Assembly: GCA_963745075.1 (NCBI GenBank)
Contig: CAVUWV010000008.1
Coordinates: forward strand, 160,001-224,000
Reading direction: 5' to 3'
DNA from: Candidatus Hydrogenedentota bacterium
GTDB taxonomy: Bacteria > Hydrogenedentota > Hydrogenedentia > Hydrogenedentales > SLHB01
Length of the DNA: 64,000 bases
Numbering within the stretch: position 1 is the first letter of the stretch; every line of letters begins with the position of its first letter. The notes below the pieces were generated by a model, which saw only the letters and a program-made list of their open reading frames with translations, made no database searches and had not been told where the DNA came from. Below, piece after piece: positions 1 through 10,426 of the stretch. Made by a program: the position numbers and the translations under genes.

Positions 1-1
1 C

Positions 2-484
2 CGGATTCCGGGCGATCTGGCCCCCACCGATGCGGCCGTGCTCGCCTGGGCCGAACTGGATGCGAGCGAGGAGTTTCCCGCGCGCGTGCCGATGGTGACG
101 GCAAAGTCGTACGCCAGCGGTGGCCGCGCCATCGTGTGGAACCTGGGGACGTTCGGGCACGACGATTTCGACATTCGGGAGCAGTTGAACGTGCCGGTCC
201 GGTCGGATCTGTTCAACCTGCCCAAGCAAGTCATCGATTTCCTGCGCCAGACCGCGACCGCGCCCTACCGAATGACGATCAATGCGCCCGCGCGGGTGGC
301 CACGTTTCTTTTCGACCGGCACGTCGCGTTCGTGAACTACGGCGCCGTCCCGGCCGAGGTCGAGGTGTCGGGCCTGGACTGGGTGCCGGAGTCGCTGCAA
401 TCGGATTCGCCAAAAACCGTGTGCTCGGGGAACGCCCTCTTCCTGGCGACCCGGAGTTACGGGCTGTTGGAATCGAAGCGGTAA
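2..484 (+). CDS. C-terminal part of a hypothetical protein, possibly a glycoside-hydrolase trimerisation-like domain; open at the window edge
   Basis: Frame open from base 2 with typical GC3 codon use. 'APTDAAVLAW..PMVTAKSYASGGRAIVWN' resembles beta-galactosidase trimerisation-type domains. Confidence 0.5.
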   Translation, partial: RIPGDLAPTDAAVLAWAELDASEEFPARVPMVTAKSYASGGRAIVWNLGTFGHDDFDIREQLNVPVRSDLFNLPKQVIDFLRQTATAPYRMTINAPARVATFLFDRHVAFVNYGAVPAEVEVSGLDWVPESLQSDSPKTVCSGNALFLATRSYGLLESKR

Positions 485-523
485 CGATCGGCGTATCGCG
501 GCCAGGAGCAGAAACGAGCAACC

Positions 524-1549
524 GTGCGCACTCCACTTCTTGAGTTACTTCGCTGTCCCGAGTGTATGGCTCAAAACGGGTTCGAGTTGCAGGACGCGTC
601 GTCGAACGAGACGGAGATCTATTCCGGGCACATCGAGTGCCGGCAATGCCGTGCGCGTTTCCCCGTCGTTCAGGGATGTTGCGACTTGTTGCCGCATCCC
701 TCTGCGGCGGTCGTCCGTGAACGGGAAGCCCAGGCGGGCGCTGAAGCGCGTACCCTCCAGAACGTGGACGGTTACGACGCGCTTGTTCGTGACGACCACG
801 CCATGCGCGAGTTTATTTTGAGCTTGCCGGGCGGCTATCCCGATACGGCCTTGTTGGCGCCGACGGTGGATTGTGCCGTTGCATCGCTTGGCCTGACGGG
901 CGGCGAAACCGTACTCGACGTGGGCGCGGGTATGTGTTGGACGACGGCGGCCTTTGCCGCGTGCGGGTGTCGGGCCGTGGCGCTGGATATCTCTACCCTC
1001 TATATGCCGCGCAGCCGTTTCTTCTGTGACGACGGACGGTATTTCGACCGGCTCATCGCCGATATGACTTCATTTCCGGTGGCATCGGGAAGGTTCGATA
1101 TCGTGTTTGCCAATGCCGCGATCCATCACAGCCCGGACTTGGCGAAAACATGGATGGAGATTGCGCGAGTCCTCAAACCCGACGGGCGAGCCATTCTGGT
1201 GAATGAGCCGGTTGCGGGCCGGTTTGAACGGCGCCGCGTTTGTGATTTTGGCAAGGACGAGATTGACGACGGGTTCAACGAAAACATCTACCGCCTTGGT
1301 GAATGGAAACTCGTCATTCAGGACAGCGGTCTGAACCCACGTTTTGAGATCCTTGCCGCGGGGATCGCCGAGAAGGTCAGGGCACGACGTGCCGCAGAGG
1401 CCGGGGCACCGGCGTTCCGGCGTCTGGCGCTGAGGTTGCTTGAGAATCGGGCAACCCGGTTCCTGGCACTGCTGTTGCTCCGGCCGCTCGCGCTGCGTTT
1501 CTACCCGTTCAATGTGGTCATAACGGCTCGGAAGCTGCCTTCGGAATGA
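524..1549 (+). CDS. Class I SAM-dependent methyltransferase with N-terminal Trm112-like zinc-knuckle domain
   Basis: AGGAG RBS; N-terminal LLELLRCPEC...IECRQCRARFPV; VLDVGAG motif I; FDIVF; EIARVLKPDG. Confidence 0.85.
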   Translation: MRTPLLELLRCPECMAQNGFELQDASSNETEIYSGHIECRQCRARFPVVQGCCDLLPHPSAAVVREREAQAGAEARTLQNVDGYDALVRDDHAMREFILSLPGGYPDTALLAPTVDCAVASLGLTGGETVLDVGAGMCWTTAAFAACGCRAVALDISTLYMPRSRFFCDDGRYFDRLIADMTSFPVASGRFDIVFANAAIHHSPDLAKTWMEIARVLKPDGRAILVNEPVAGRFERRRVCDFGKDEIDDGFNENIYRLGEWKLVIQDSGLNPRFEILAAGIAEKVRARRAAEAGAPAFRRLALRLLENRATRFLALLLLRPLALRFYPFNVVITARKLPSE

Positions 1550-1588
1550 GCGGGGAAGCCGGTCTGGGAACGCACACGACGACGTACC

Positions 1589-1622
1589 GAGGGGCGAGCC
1601 ATCCGTGCTCGCCCCTCTTTTC
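1589..1622 (+). terminator. Intrinsic terminator
   Basis: GAGGGGCGAGC/GCTCGCCCCTC 11-bp stem followed by TTTTT, downstream of the methyltransferase. Confidence 0.7.
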
Positions 1623-1672
1623 GGCTAATTGAAACTGGTTCCCGTTGCGCCCCGGCTGGGGGACAAACCGGC

Positions 1673-2567
1673 TTACTGCGATGCCTTCGGCTCCATTGCT
1701 TGCGCGGCCGCGGCATCCTTCGGGGTCATGACCGATGCAAAGTTTGGTTCGTCGTCCGCGGGACCTTCACCCATGGCCCAGCGAATGGCGTCCACGACGT
1801 GCTGTTGAAAGGTAGGGTTGTCCCAGAACGTCTTCGCGGTGGCCCATGGCGTTATAGAAGACGCGGCCCTTTCCGTACGCGCTGCACCAGATGACGGGAT
1901 AGGCGGGCACTTGGTATTTTTCCTGGTTGTCCCGTTCCGCACCGGGATCCATCAGCGCCAGCACGTGGATGGAGTCGGTGTTGAAATTGTGGAAGAGGTA
2001 CCATTCGTCCTTAATGTTCCACTCCTTGGGCAGGTCCGCGACGGCGGGGTGGCTGGGGTCGACCACTTTGACCGTTCCCTCGAATTGGGCGCCGTGGGTC
2101 CGGAATTCACCGCCGAGCATCGTGAGGTATGGGGTGACCGGGCCGCCGTCCGGGGTGTGAAACGTATCCGATGCACAGTGAAAGCCGACGAACCCGCCGC
2201 CATTGCCGATCCACGCGAGCAGATCGTCCACGCCGCTGGACTTCATGGGTGGCTGTTTGTCGTTCCCTTCCGTGGTGAGATCGCCGGTGGTGTAAAAGAC
2301 GACGACCTTATACTTGGCCAGATTTTCCGCGTTGATGAGGCTGGCGTCTTTCGTGCACAGAATGCTGATGCCCAACCGGCTGGTCAAGCCCTGGAGGACG
2401 TTATCCACGTAGCTGACCTTGTTGGCATCCCACTTGATGCAACTGTGTTCGTACCCGGACGATTTGCTCAAAAACATGCCGCAGTCACTCCCTTCGTCTT
2501 GCGCCGCCGACGCAGTCAAGACACCGGTTGCCAGCAACACCGCTCCAAAGACTTGAATCCATCGCAT
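1673..2567 (-). CDS. Secreted ThuA-like domain protein, with apparent +1 frameshift at ~1827
   Basis: Signal peptide; GGFVGFHCASDT, DEWY, GRVFYNAMGH motifs. Removing one base joins GHREDV to WDNPTFQQHVVDAIRWA in the next frame. Confidence 0.85.
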
Positions 2568-2921
2568 ACCAGAGATTCCTTATAGGGTAGGTAGATTAGG
2601 GATCTTGCACTTCCGGTAAGCCTACCGCTCGACCGGCGTGTCAGTCAAAACGTCACGCGTTCGACATCAACCTCGTGCACATCGTTCCTTCTCGCAATCC
2701 CGGAACTCTCACACGCACAACACACCTACCGTGTAACTTCCCCGCGCACTTCAATTTCCAACTACGACCACGGTCTTTCGATTTGACAACGTGCGGGTGA
2801 GAATTCCTCAACCGTGAGCCCTGAGTTTTTCTCGGGAGCACTTCTTGCCGCGCCCAACGGTATCGGTCCGCAAGTCGACACTCTTGGGCGGTAAGAAATG
2901 CGTACTATCCAGCGTACCGTA

Positions 2922-2950
2922 TTGAAATGGGCCATCCGAAGCCGTACTAT
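2922..2950 (+). promoter_or_regulatory. sigma70-type promoter of the hybrid kinase
   Basis: TTGAAA-N17-TACTAT. Confidence 0.6.
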
Positions 2951-3091
2951 GCTCAACGTTGTCGGTCACAGAATTTGACTTGCTCGCCGGTTGCTTCCGA
3001 ATTTTTAGGGAACTCTTCGGAGTGTCTCGGATTCAGCAGTATCGCGGACGTGCCGGCATGGGCGGAAGGGGGCGCGCGCCCGGCGTATGCA

Positions 3092-5158
3092 ATGACCAAC
3101 GCTGAATTGTCGAAAGAGTCGACCCCAAGCGACGCGGTCACCAGAATCCGGCGTGTCGTATTGGGCGCATTGGCCTTGGCGGCCTTTTGCGAACTCAGCG
3201 CGAAATTCGGTCACCAGTTCGGAATTCTCAGCGCGCCGACCGCCGACCTCGCTTCGGTTGCCGCCGTGTTTTCACTGGGTCTTTCGGGGCTTTACGCCCT
3301 GCACCGCGTCTATCGCTCCCGAACGATTACGCTGACGGTATTTACGGGTCTCATGCTTTTGTTCCTGTCCCAAGCCGTCGAAATTGCCGGTGACACGAAT
3401 TTCGCAGGGCTCGGCGACCTCCATATCCACGGCGCGGCTGTTTTCAAGATGATCATGAATACGGCCTTCATCGCGGGGCTTGCCGCCGTGCTTACGGCGC
3501 TATACCTTTCCATTTTTGAATCGCTTAAGACGCGTCTCCTTCTGGAACGGGAGCGCTCCGAGGTGTTGCGGGGAATCGAGGAGCGCGAAGGCGCCGAAGA
3601 AGCGTTGCGCGTCAGCCAGAAGCGGCTGCGGACGATTTTCGAAGGTCTTGACGACGCCCTGTTCGTCCACGATTTGGAAGGCCGGATTCTCGACTGCAAT
3701 CGCGCCGCGTGTGAAATGCTGGGGTACGCTCGCGACGAACTGCTTACGATGCGGACCGCCGACTTCGACGCCCCGGGTTTTGCCGATGGTTTCCAGGACC
3801 GCATCGCCCGCCAACTTCGTGACGGCAGCTATCGGTGTGTCGGCGAACTGGTTGCCAAGGGTGGACGGCACATCACGGTGGACATTCATACGACGCGGAT
3901 CGATTTTCAGGGGAACCCGGCCATCCTGGCGCTCAATCGAGACATTTCCGATCGGGTCAAGGCGGACCAGGAACGCCGCCTGATGGAGCAAAAACTGCAA
4001 CACGCGCAGAAGCTCGAGAGCCTCGGCGTATTGGCGGGCGGCATCGCCCACGACTTCAACAATCTCCTCGTCGGCGTGCTCGGGAATGCGAATCTCGCGC
4101 GGCTGCAGGTTCCCGAGGATTCACCGGCCCGCGAAAGCATCCAGCAGGTCGAAACCGCCGCGCAACGGGCCGCAGATTTGGCCAAGCAGATGCTGGCCTA
4201 CTCCGGGCGGGGAAAGATGGTGGTGGAGCTGGTGGATCTTGGGATGCTGGTGGACGAAATGGCCCATCTCCTCGCGGCGTCCATCTCGAAAAACGCCGTG
4301 CTGAAGCTGCGCATTGACGACGACCTGCCCGCCGTGAGCGCCGACCCCACGCAAATCCGCCAAGTGGTGATGAATCTCATTACGAATGCTTCCGACGCCC
4401 TCGGGGTTGCCGAGGGCACCATCGAGCTGACCTCGGGCACTTTGGATGTGGGACCGGACGACACCCTGGAGTCCTACTTCGACGATCGGGTGCTCCCGGG
4501 CCAATATGTATTTGTCGAAGTCGCGGACACGGGAAAGGGGATGGACCGAGATACGCTTGAACGGATATTCGATCCGTTCTTCTCAACCAAGTTCACGGGG
4601 CGTGGTCTGGGTCTGGCGTCCGTTATCGGCATCGTTCAGGGCCATGGCGGCACGATTCAGGTCAGGTCCACGCCGGACGAGGGGAGCGTGTTTCGCGTCC
4701 TTCTTCCCGCGACGGGAAAGTGTGTCCCGCCCGAGGCGGATCGGCCCGTCTTGCAGGTCAGTCCGTGCCAGGCCGGTACGATTCTGGTTGTAGACGACGA
4801 GGACTCGGTGCTTTCCGTGGCCCAGCGGACGCTGGAAATGGTTGGGTACGACGTGATCGCCGCCTCGGACGGTTCCGCCGGGCTCGATGCGTTTCGTGGC
4901 AGCTCCGATTCCATCGCGTTGGTCCTGTTGGACTGGACGATGCCGGGGCTAAGCGGCGAAGAGGCGTTCCGGGAGATTCGCGGCGTTCAACCCGGTGTTC
5001 CCGTAATTCTGTCCAGTGGATACAGCGAAACGGACACCTTAGCCCAGTGCGGGGATTTGGTTCCGGCGGGTTTTCTCCAAAAACCCTATCTGGCGACCGA
5101 GTTGATCGACTTGGTGCAGATGGTGCTGGGAACGAGCGAGGCGGATACGAGAGCTTGA
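3092..5158 (+). CDS. Membrane PAS-histidine kinase-receiver hybrid (CckA-like architecture)
   Basis: N-terminal TM helices; PAS domain; H-box LAGGIAHDFNNLL; N, G1, F and G2 boxes; C-terminal REC (VDDE, LLDWTMP, KP). Start inferred. Confidence 0.92.
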   Translation: MTNAELSKESTPSDAVTRIRRVVLGALALAAFCELSAKFGHQFGILSAPTADLASVAAVFSLGLSGLYALHRVYRSRTITLTVFTGLMLLFLSQAVEIAGDTNFAGLGDLHIHGAAVFKMIMNTAFIAGLAAVLTALYLSIFESLKTRLLLERERSEVLRGIEEREGAEEALRVSQKRLRTIFEGLDDALFVHDLEGRILDCNRAACEMLGYARDELLTMRTADFDAPGFADGFQDRIARQLRDGSYRCVGELVAKGGRHITVDIHTTRIDFQGNPAILALNRDISDRVKADQERRLMEQKLQHAQKLESLGVLAGGIAHDFNNLLVGVLGNANLARLQVPEDSPARESIQQVETAAQRAADLAKQMLAYSGRGKMVVELVDLGMLVDEMAHLLAASISKNAVLKLRIDDDLPAVSADPTQIRQVVMNLITNASDALGVAEGTIELTSGTLDVGPDDTLESYFDDRVLPGQYVFVEVADTGKGMDRDTLERIFDPFFSTKFTGRGLGLASVIGIVQGHGGTIQVRSTPDEGSVFRVLLPATGKCVPPEADRPVLQVSPCQAGTILVVDDEDSVLSVAQRTLEMVGYDVIAASDGSAGLDAFRGSSDSIALVLLDWTMPGLSGEEAFREIRGVQPGVPVILSSGYSETDTLAQCGDLVPAGFLQKPYLATELIDLVQMVLGTSEADTRA

Positions 5159-5274
5159 GGCGGCGGGAGGGGAGAGGATTTCCGACGCGGTTTCGCCTCA
5201 GTAGAGGATCGGTTACTGGATTCGCGTGGATCTCGAATTTGAGATCTCAGATACCCGAATGTCGAGAGATCGGG

Positions 5275-6150
5275 TTAGCAGGCGCCGCCGGCGGCCATGG
5301 CGCCGATCAACCCGCGTTGCTTGTCCAGGCGTGACTCAATGCCCGCGATGAAGTTCGGATCCACGTCCAAATGCTGGGCCACCACGGGTGATATTTCGCT
5401 CGAGACTTCTGCGTTCATGGCGCGGATTCCCACGCGGTTGCAGATGGCATCGGCGAGGTGGGTGGCATGGGTGAGGACATGCTTGGGCGGGGCCGCTTCG
5501 GGGGTGTGATGGTGGGCGATACTGATGACGAGATCCTCCGGCAGTTCCCAACGTTCGGCCAGCCACGCGCCGATGTCGCAATGGGTATGTCCGTCCATGA
5601 TTTCGCGTTCAGCGTCGATGACGGACACATTGTCTTCCAGTACGAGACGCGCAATCGGCGCTACCGCTTCGGGAAAATACTGGACGACGACGGCTTTGCC
5701 GATGTCGTGCAGGAGGCCCGCGATGTGGGCGCCGCTGATATCGGGCCGGCTGGCACGGTAATGGCTTTCCAGACAGCCGGCGACCACCGAACACGCCAGA
5801 CTGTGCCGCCACAACATGTGCAATGCCCGGCTGCTTTCCCGGTCCCGCCCGAACAGGTTGATGACGGAGATGGCCAAGGCCAGCCGCTCGACCTCATCGA
5901 AACCCAGAATCACCACCGCGTCCGGAATGCTGCCGATTTGACGATGGAACCCGTAGTAGCTGGAATTCACCGTGCCGAGGATTTTCATCGTCAAGGCGGG
6001 ATCGGCGGTAATCTCGGCGGCAAGGTCCAGCGCCGTGGTGGATTCATCCTGGACGACGGAGAGAATTCGGACGAGTGTAGAAGGAAGGGTAGCGAGTTCA
6101 TCGAGTGCAAAGACCCGCTCGCGGACATCGGAAACACACCCCTGTGTCAT
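5275..6150 (-). CDS. Stand-alone HDOD domain protein
   Basis: DPALTMKIL..VNS, AVVILG, LWRHS, GLLHDIGK, W.LP, HHTP motifs; GGGGAG RBS. Confidence 0.9.
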   Translation of the reverse strand: MTQGCVSDVRERVFALDELATLPSTLVRILSVVQDESTTALDLAAEITADPALTMKILGTVNSSYYGFHRQIGSIPDAVVILGFDEVERLALAISVINLFGRDRESSRALHMLWRHSLACSVVAGCLESHYRASRPDISGAHIAGLLHDIGKAVVVQYFPEAVAPIARLVLEDNVSVIDAEREIMDGHTHCDIGAWLAERWELPEDLVISIAHHHTPEAAPPKHVLTHATHLADAICNRVGIRAMNAEVSSEISPVVAQHLDVDPNFIAGIESRLDKQRGLIGAMAAGGAC

Positions 6151-6374
6151 GGTCTTCTCAACTCCCCGACTCGTTCTTGACCTGATCAGCGCCAGCGCTT
6201 CCGCAAGTCCGCGCTTAAACTATAGAATAAAACCGTGAACCTGTCAATTGAAAACGCAAGCCCGGACTAAGGTCCAACACGGATCGTATCAGCTGTCTAC
6301 TGTATGATCTGCTTTGTAACTTATTGAAGGTCAGTCGGATAGCTTGGGTTCAGATTGAAGACGACGAGGTCGCC

Positions 6375-8054
6375 ATGAGGGTATTGTCCCACGGGACGCC
6401 GTTTTTTTGCGATTATGCGCCCATTCGTTTATACGATGGGCCGCACGAAATACGCAGCGTTGGAAATTACGCGGACGCCGATTACCGGTACGATCCGATT
6501 TCGGAATCGGCGACGCAGGTTCTTGATCGGATTCGCCGTGACTGGGATCCCGAACTCCTGCTCTGTTGGATGCCCGAGGTTCATCCACCGCCCTTGGGTA
6601 TCGAGCAGGCGCCCATCCCGACGGTGGCGCTCGTGTCCGATTGGAACGTATTCCACGCGATTCTGAAGGTGAATCTCGCCCGCTACGACGTGGCACTCTG
6701 TGACCGCCCCGGCACCGTGGCGTTGGCGAGCGACCTGGTATCGCCGGTTCACCTGTTTCCGCTCTACTCCCAGATCACGCCGATCCATCGCATCTACGAT
6801 CGGCCCAAAGACCTCGATGTTGTCTTTGTCGGCAACCTGAATCATGCGTCCCATCCATTGCGGGCGAAATACCTGGAGCGGCTCGCCAAACTCTCCGACC
6901 GATACCGGATTGTGATTGCGACGGACGTGCAGGGTGAAGCTTATGCCCGATTGTTGAGCCGCGCGCGCATCGTCTTCAACCATTCCATTCGCGGCGAGGT
7001 GAACCTGCGCGTGTTCGAAACGATGGCTTGCGGTTCGGTGGCGTTTCTCGAGGAATCCAATCTGGAAGTGCGGGACTGGTTCGACGTGGAGCGGGAACTG
7101 GTTCTGTACAATTCCGGGAATTTCGAATCGCAAGTCGAATACGTCCTCGCGCATCCGGAAGAGGCAGAATCGATCGCGGCGCGAGGTCATGAAACGGTGC
7201 AGGCCTACGCGGGCGAGCGGCGATTCACGGAACTGATCGATCGGGCCGCAGCACTGCCCAGCGGCGGACGTCCGTTCCGGTCCTTACCGGCCGAGGAGCG
7301 CCTATACCAGGACTTTCTGATGTACGGCTTTTCCCAGTGGAACGTGTACCGGAAGCTCGAAGCGGGATTGCTTCCGCAACTCACGAAGGCGTTGCCGGAG
7401 GATCCGCGCGTCTGGACCGCGCTCGGCCAACATCTGGCGAACGCGTACTCGGGTTCGGTTCCGGAGGAACAACGGCAACAGCGGTATCTGAAGGCCTTCG
7501 TCAAGGCCCATCGTCTCGCGCCGGAGTCCGCTCCGTACGCGTTGAACGCCGCGACCGGTTTTCGCTCGTGCGGGCTCGAATCGCAGGAGGCGGACTATCT
7601 CAATCTGGCGCTGCTGGCCTCGGACCTGAGCGGCGCGGGCCGGATCGTGGGATCGGTGGGGAGCCCTTTTTACGTCCGATGGCACCGTGCGGTGGCGGAA
7701 AAGAACGCGTCGCTGGCTATGCTGCACGCCGAAGCGCGCAATCGTCTTGCGGTCATTCTGGCGCGTCGCGGTGAAGCCGCTCTTGCCGAGGAACACCTTC
7801 GAGAGGCGCGGGCGTTGGACCCGGCCAACCGAGGGGGTGTTTTGCTGCTCGCGGAGATTCAATGGGCGGACGGCCGCCGCGCCGAGGCGATCGAAACGCT
7901 GCGCTCGAGCCTGGCGGATATGCCCATGGACCCGGCGCCGCGGGATCGACTGTGTGCGATGTTGACGGACATCGGATATAAGCAGGAAACACGCATCCTG
8001 GCGGAGGAAACGCTCCGGATTCTGCGGGCCTGTCCGGATTCGCCGCCAGCATAA
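6375..8054 (+). CDS. CgeB-like (Glyco_trans_1_2) glycosyltransferase with C-terminal TPRs
   Basis: DVVFVG, ARIVFN, NLRVFETMACG, IAARG motifs; C-terminal TPR-like helices; GAGGT RBS. Confidence 0.8.
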   Translation: MRVLSHGTPFFCDYAPIRLYDGPHEIRSVGNYADADYRYDPISESATQVLDRIRRDWDPELLLCWMPEVHPPPLGIEQAPIPTVALVSDWNVFHAILKVNLARYDVALCDRPGTVALASDLVSPVHLFPLYSQITPIHRIYDRPKDLDVVFVGNLNHASHPLRAKYLERLAKLSDRYRIVIATDVQGEAYARLLSRARIVFNHSIRGEVNLRVFETMACGSVAFLEESNLEVRDWFDVERELVLYNSGNFESQVEYVLAHPEEAESIAARGHETVQAYAGERRFTELIDRAAALPSGGRPFRSLPAEERLYQDFLMYGFSQWNVYRKLEAGLLPQLTKALPEDPRVWTALGQHLANAYSGSVPEEQRQQRYLKAFVKAHRLAPESAPYALNAATGFRSCGLESQEADYLNLALLASDLSGAGRIVGSVGSPFYVRWHRAVAEKNASLAMLHAEARNRLAVILARRGEAALAEEHLREARALDPANRGGVLLLAEIQWADGRRAEAIETLRSSLADMPMDPAPRDRLCAMLTDIGYKQETRILAEETLRILRACPDSPPA

Positions 8055-8174
8055 TCGTTGACGCGTTTGCATTCTTCCGCCAATGGCGTACGAAACACTC
8101 ATTGCGGCGCGTTGCGCGCGCGGCTACTATGGCGGAAGGAAATGTTGCGGGACCTCGACAGCGGGAGCAGTAGC

Positions 8175-9125
8175 ATGAGCGAAGAGGCGGCGAGCGAGCA
8201 TCACGCGGTGCTGGGCCGGATGCGGGAGAATCTCTCGCGGGTCATTCAGGGCAAGGCGGATAACGTGGACGTACTGATTACGGCGTTTATCGCGGGCGGC
8301 TCGGTGCTGATCGAAGACGTGCCGGGGGTGGGCAAGACGACGCTGGCGAAGGCGCTGGCCAAATCCGTCGACGTGACATACCGGCGCATCCAGTTCACGC
8401 CGGACCTTTTGCCGGGCGATATTCTGGGGTCGTCCATCTACAATCCAATGGACGGTACCTTTGTGTTCCGGCGCGGTCCGATCTTCTGTAACGTGCTGCT
8501 GGCGGATGAAATCAACCGGGCATCGCCGCGGACGCAGTCCGCCCTGCTCGAAGCCATGAGCGAGGCCCAGGCGACTATCGAAGGGGAGACCTATTCGCTG
8601 GCAGCGCCGTTTCTTGTCATCGCGACGCAAAACCCGGTGGAATTCCACGGGACGTATCCGTTGCCGGAAGCGCAACTCGACCGTTTTGCAATTTTGTTGA
8701 GTCTGGGTTATCCCGATCCGGACGTGGAAGCGGCGATCTTGTACGCGCAAGCGGAGTCTCATCCCCTTGATTCGTTGCAGCCTGTCACGACGGGTAACAC
8801 GATAGTAGCGATTCAACAAGCGGTGCGGCGCGTGCGGGTCGACGAGAGTCTTTCCAAATACATTGTGGCGATCACGAATCGCACCCGGAGCGACACGCGG
8901 TTCAAACTTGGCGTGAGCCCGCGCGGTTCGCTGATGCTGTTTCGTGCGGCACAGGCGGCGGCGTATCTGGACGGGCGCGACTACACGCTGCCCGACGACG
9001 TGCAGAAACTTGCGCCGCACGTGCTGGCCCATCGCGTGATGCTGACGTCGAAATCCAAATACGGCGGCGTCGACAAGCGCACCGCGATCGAGGAACTGCT
9101 GAAGGACGTGACGGTTCCCACGTAG
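8175..9125 (+). CDS. moxR: MoxR family AAA+ ATPase
   Basis: EDVPGVGKT, RIQFTPDLLP, LADEINR, ATQNPVE, YPLPEAQLDRF. Confidence 0.95.
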   Translation: MSEEAASEHHAVLGRMRENLSRVIQGKADNVDVLITAFIAGGSVLIEDVPGVGKTTLAKALAKSVDVTYRRIQFTPDLLPGDILGSSIYNPMDGTFVFRRGPIFCNVLLADEINRASPRTQSALLEAMSEAQATIEGETYSLAAPFLVIATQNPVEFHGTYPLPEAQLDRFAILLSLGYPDPDVEAAILYAQAESHPLDSLQPVTTGNTIVAIQQAVRRVRVDESLSKYIVAITNRTRSDTRFKLGVSPRGSLMLFRAAQAAAYLDGRDYTLPDDVQKLAPHVLAHRVMLTSKSKYGGVDKRTAIEELLKDVTVPT

Positions 9126-9166
9126 TGGATAGTGGATTTCGGGTTGGTGATGGCTGAGGTGCCGGC

Positions 9167-10426
9167 ATGAGGATTCCATTCTCGCGGCCGTTTTGGCGGA
9201 ACGTTGTCGAGGCGTGGTACACCACGACGACGCGTGACGGCAAGATACTTGCGGCCGCAATCATCGTGTGCGGGTCGATCTCGTCGTCGTCGCTGGACAT
9301 CCCCGCTTTCAACCTGCTCAGCGGTCTCTGTACGTTCGCCATCGTCGTGTACGGAGCGGCACGCCTGTGCCGTCCCCGGGTGCAACGGGAAGGACCGGTC
9401 CCGGACAAAGCGGTCGCGGGGGCGCGGCTCGCGTTTTCTCACACGCTCGTAAACGGCAGCAAACGCAATGCGTACGACGTGACCGCGGGTTTCCTGCTGC
9501 TACCGGATGAGATTGAATCCGTAGACGAAGCGCCGCTCATCCCGGTGCTGGGACCCGAGGGCAGCGCCACGCTGACCTCGACGCTCCGGCCGTTGCGGCG
9601 CGGGTTGTATCCGTTGCCGGCGCCGCGGGTGTACTCGACGTTTCCGTTTAACGTGTACCGCGTACGCGCCCCCCGGGATCGCGCCCGGCCGCCGAGCACG
9701 CCCCTGCTGGTGTATCCGCATTTCCATGCGCTGTCCGGAATCGACGTGCCGGTGAGCGCGCGGTACCAGCCCGGCGGGATTGCACTGTCGTCGAACGTCG
9801 GCGAATCGCCGGAGTATGTCGGCAACCGGCCGTACCGGCCGGGCGACTCGCGGCGGCATCTCGATTTTCGCGCGTGGGCGCGGCTGGCACAGCCCGTCGT
9901 GCGCGAGTATCAGGAAGAGTATTACTGCCGCATCGCGCTCGTGCTGGACACGTTCGTCCCCGGTGCGCGGAAGCCGCCGGCCCAGGGTTTCCCCGATCTG
10001 GAAGCCGCGGTCAGTCTTACGGCTGCCGTGGCCGACGCCATGGCGCGGGGCGAATACATCATCGACATCTTCGCCGCGGGGCCGGCCCTGCACGTGTTTC
10101 GCGCGGGCCGCCATACAGCGCAATTCGACAGCGTGCTCGAGATTCTGGCGTGTGTGGACGCGTGCCGCACGAATCCCTTCGAGGTGGTGACGCCCGCGCT
10201 TACGGACGAGTTGGCGAATGTCTCGACGGTGATCTGCATGCTCCTCGATTGGGATGCGTCGCGGGAAGCCTTGGTGCGCGCCGCGGCGGACTGCGGATGC
10301 AGCGTGAAGGTCATCGTCCTGCGCGACGGAGAGACCTCCGCATCTTTCGCGCACCTGGCCGACGAGTGCCGCATTACGCAGTACCGTCCCGACAACGTCA
10401 CGAGCGGAAAGATCGAGTCGTTATGA
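9167..10426 (+). CDS. DUF58 domain protein
   Basis: RRGLY, LVYP, EYVGNRPYRPGDSRRHLDFRAWAR, VREY; directly downstream of moxR. Confidence 0.9.
   Translation: MRIPFSRPFWRNVVEAWYTTTTRDGKILAAAIIVCGSISSSSLDIPAFNLLSGLCTFAIVVYGAARLCRPRVQREGPVPDKAVAGARLAFSHTLVNGSKRNAYDVTAGFLLLPDEIESVDEAPLIPVLGPEGSATLTSTLRPLRRGLYPLPAPRVYSTFPFNVYRVRAPRDRARPPSTPLLVYPHFHALSGIDVPVSARYQPGGIALSSNVGESPEYVGNRPYRPGDSRRHLDFRAWARLAQPVVREYQEEYYCRIALVLDTFVPGARKPPAQGFPDLEAAVSLTAAVADAMARGEYIIDIFAAGPALHVFRAGRHTAQFDSVLEILACVDACRTNPFEVVTPALTDELANVSTVICMLLDWDASREALVRAAADCGCSVKVIVLRDGETSASFAHLADECRITQYRPDNVTSGKIESL

Noticed and set aside
2683..2719. Resemblance to 29105-29136 (TTCCTT..CCGG..TCTC..CACGCAC)
   Set aside because: Short, gapped and low complexity; no matching promoter context.
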